A stretch of 14,555 nt of DNA from a virus (Duplodnaviria > Heunggongvirae > Uroviricota > Caudoviricetes), in IMG/VR virus record IMGVR_UViG_2695420373_000007; one strand, given 5' to 3'. Below are positions 13,611 through 14,555 of this stretch, piece by piece. Made by a program: the position numbers and the translations under genes. Numbering within the stretch: the first letter of the stretch is position 1; every line of letters starts with the position of its first letter. The notes under the pieces were generated by a model that was not told the origin of the DNA, made no database searches, and saw only the letters and a program-made list of their open reading frames with translations.

Positions 13611-13799
13611 ATGGAAACGTTATTACCAAACGTTAATACGTCTGAAGGTTGTTTTGAAATTGGTGTCACTATCAGTAACCCTGTATTTACTGAAGATGCC
13701 ATTAACAAGAGAAAACACGAACGGGAGTTATTAAATAAAATATGCATTCTTTCAATGCTGGCCCGTTTACGTCCGATACAAAAAGGATGCTGGCAATGA
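13611..13799 (+). CDS. Hypothetical small protein (62 aa), first gene of the early-left block
   Basis: ATG 13611 with SD GAGGA 8 nt upstream; the ORF-track 5' extension (13506) overlaps the inverted repeat and has no SD. Confidence 0.5.
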   Translation: METLLPNVNTSEGCFEIGVTISNPVFTEDAINKRKHERELLNKICILSMLARLRPIQKGCWQ

Positions 13800-13987
13800 A
13801 TACAGCATTTGCACTTGTTCTGACAGTTTTTCTTGTTTCCGGTGAGCCAGTTGATATTGCAGTCAGTGTTCACAGGACAATGCAGGAGTGTGTGACTGCA
13901 GCAACCGAACAGAAAATTCCCGGTAACTGTTACCCTGTCGATAAAGTTATTCACCAGGATAATAACGAAATCCCGGCAGGTCTTTAA
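13796..13987 (+). CDS. Hypothetical small protein (63 aa) with a hydrophobic, signal-peptide-like N-terminus
   Basis: ATGA overlap with the preceding gene (13796-13799), SD AAGGA. Product MNTAFALVLTVFLVSGEPVDIAVSV... then a polar region with two Cys. Confidence 0.5.
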   Translation: MNTAFALVLTVFLVSGEPVDIAVSVHRTMQECVTAATEQKIPGNCYPVDKVIHQDNNEIPAGL

Positions 13988-14079
13988 AACAGTTCCGTAA
14001 TAAACATCCGATTTCATTCTTATATGCCAGCAATGGCAGGGATTTGTTCACCCTTAAATCTGTAATGAGGTAAAACAAA

Positions 14080-14555
14080 ATGAGTAAAGTCTTTATTTGC
14101 GCCGCCATTCCGGACGAACAGGCAATAAAGGAAGAAGGTGCAGTCGCTGTAGCCACTGCCATTGAAGCTGGCGACGAACGCCGTGCTCGAGCAAAATTTC
14201 ACTGGCAATTCCTGGAACATTATCCGGCTGCTCAGGACTGCGCTTATAAATTTCTTGTTTGCGAGGATAAACCCGGTATACCCCGCCCTGCCCTCGATTC
14301 CTGGGATGCTGAATATATGCAGGAAAACCGCTGGGATGAGGCGTCTGCTTCCTTTGTCCCGGTTGAGACTGAATCCGATCCGATGAACGTCACTTTTGAC
14401 AAGCTGGCCCCTGAAGTACAGAACGCTGTCATGGTTAAGTTCGACACATGTGAAAACATCACCGTTGATATGGTGATTAGCGCACAGGAATTGTTGCAGG
14501 AAGACATGGCAACATTCGACGGACATATCGTTGAAGCGTTGATGAAAATGCCAGA
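14080..14555 (+). CDS. Hypothetical acidic protein, 5' part only; runs off the window end
   Basis: ATG 14080 with SD GAGGT 9 nt upstream; open to the window end (at least 158 codons; MSKVFICAAIPDEQAIKEEG...). Absent from the ORF track because there is no stop in the window. Confidence 0.55.
   Translation, partial: MSKVFICAAIPDEQAIKEEGAVAVATAIEAGDERRARAKFHWQFLEHYPAAQDCAYKFLVCEDKPGIPRPALDSWDAEYMQENRWDEASASFVPVETESDPMNVTFDKLAPEVQNAVMVKFDTCENITVDMVISAQELLQEDMATFDGHIVEALMKMP

Noticed and set aside
13921-13933. GGTAAC-T-GTTACC palindrome resembling the operator half-sites
   Set aside because: Spacer is 1 nt rather than 4 and it lies inside a coding sequence; probably coincidental.
13472-14017. 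ORF 13472..14017 (-), 181 aa
   Set aside because: Extremely Cys-rich product, no SD, and antisense to two plus-strand genes with good SDs and ATGA coupling.
13080-14080. A lambda N-type antiterminator in the early-left position
   Set aside because: None of the small proteins here has an Arg-rich N-terminal motif, and no boxA (CGCTCTTA-like) precedes the boxB-like hairpin at 13161-13176, so no N/nut system is called.
1-14555. LexA (SOS) box, CTGT-N8-ACAG, that might control an antirepressor
   Set aside because: A by-eye scan of CTGT/ACAG occurrences found no properly spaced palindrome; this is not exhaustive and a computational scan should be run.

Overview
The window reads as about 14.5 kb of a lambdoid enterobacterial prophage (a Rac/Qin/Stx-phage-like mosaic), in the orientation opposite to the usual lambda map, so most genes lie on the minus strand. 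All calls are from reading the sequence and the ORF track by eye and from remembered family motifs; no searches were run. From high to low coordinates: early-left small genes (13.6-14.5 kb, +); a P22 C2/lambda CI-type repressor (+) with a terminator, then two small co-directional genes downstream of it; divergent cro-like and YdaT-like genes (-); a replication-initiator-like gene with internal iterons and a 12-bp tandem array; four unrecognised accessory genes (7.7-9.6 kb); a 34-aa hydrophobic peptide gene and a hok-family toxin; an XRE-HTH plus ImmA/IrrE-type metallopeptidase operon bracketed by two identical 23-bp terminator hairpins; a small protein, DUF968, RusA and a Q-like protein followed by a tR'-like terminator; a small ORF; a beta-class DNA methyltransferase; three tRNAs (Ile-CAU, Arg-UCG, Arg-UCU); and the 5' part of a NanS-p-like sialate O-acetylesterase running off the window. 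No stx genes sit between the tRNAs and the esterase. The most notable observations are a repressor whose S24 nucleophile Ser is replaced by Ala (GDAM), the XRE/ImmA module, the unknown 7.7-9.6 kb gene block, a candidate origin inside the replication gene, and a 19-bp perfect inverted repeat in front of the early-left genes.
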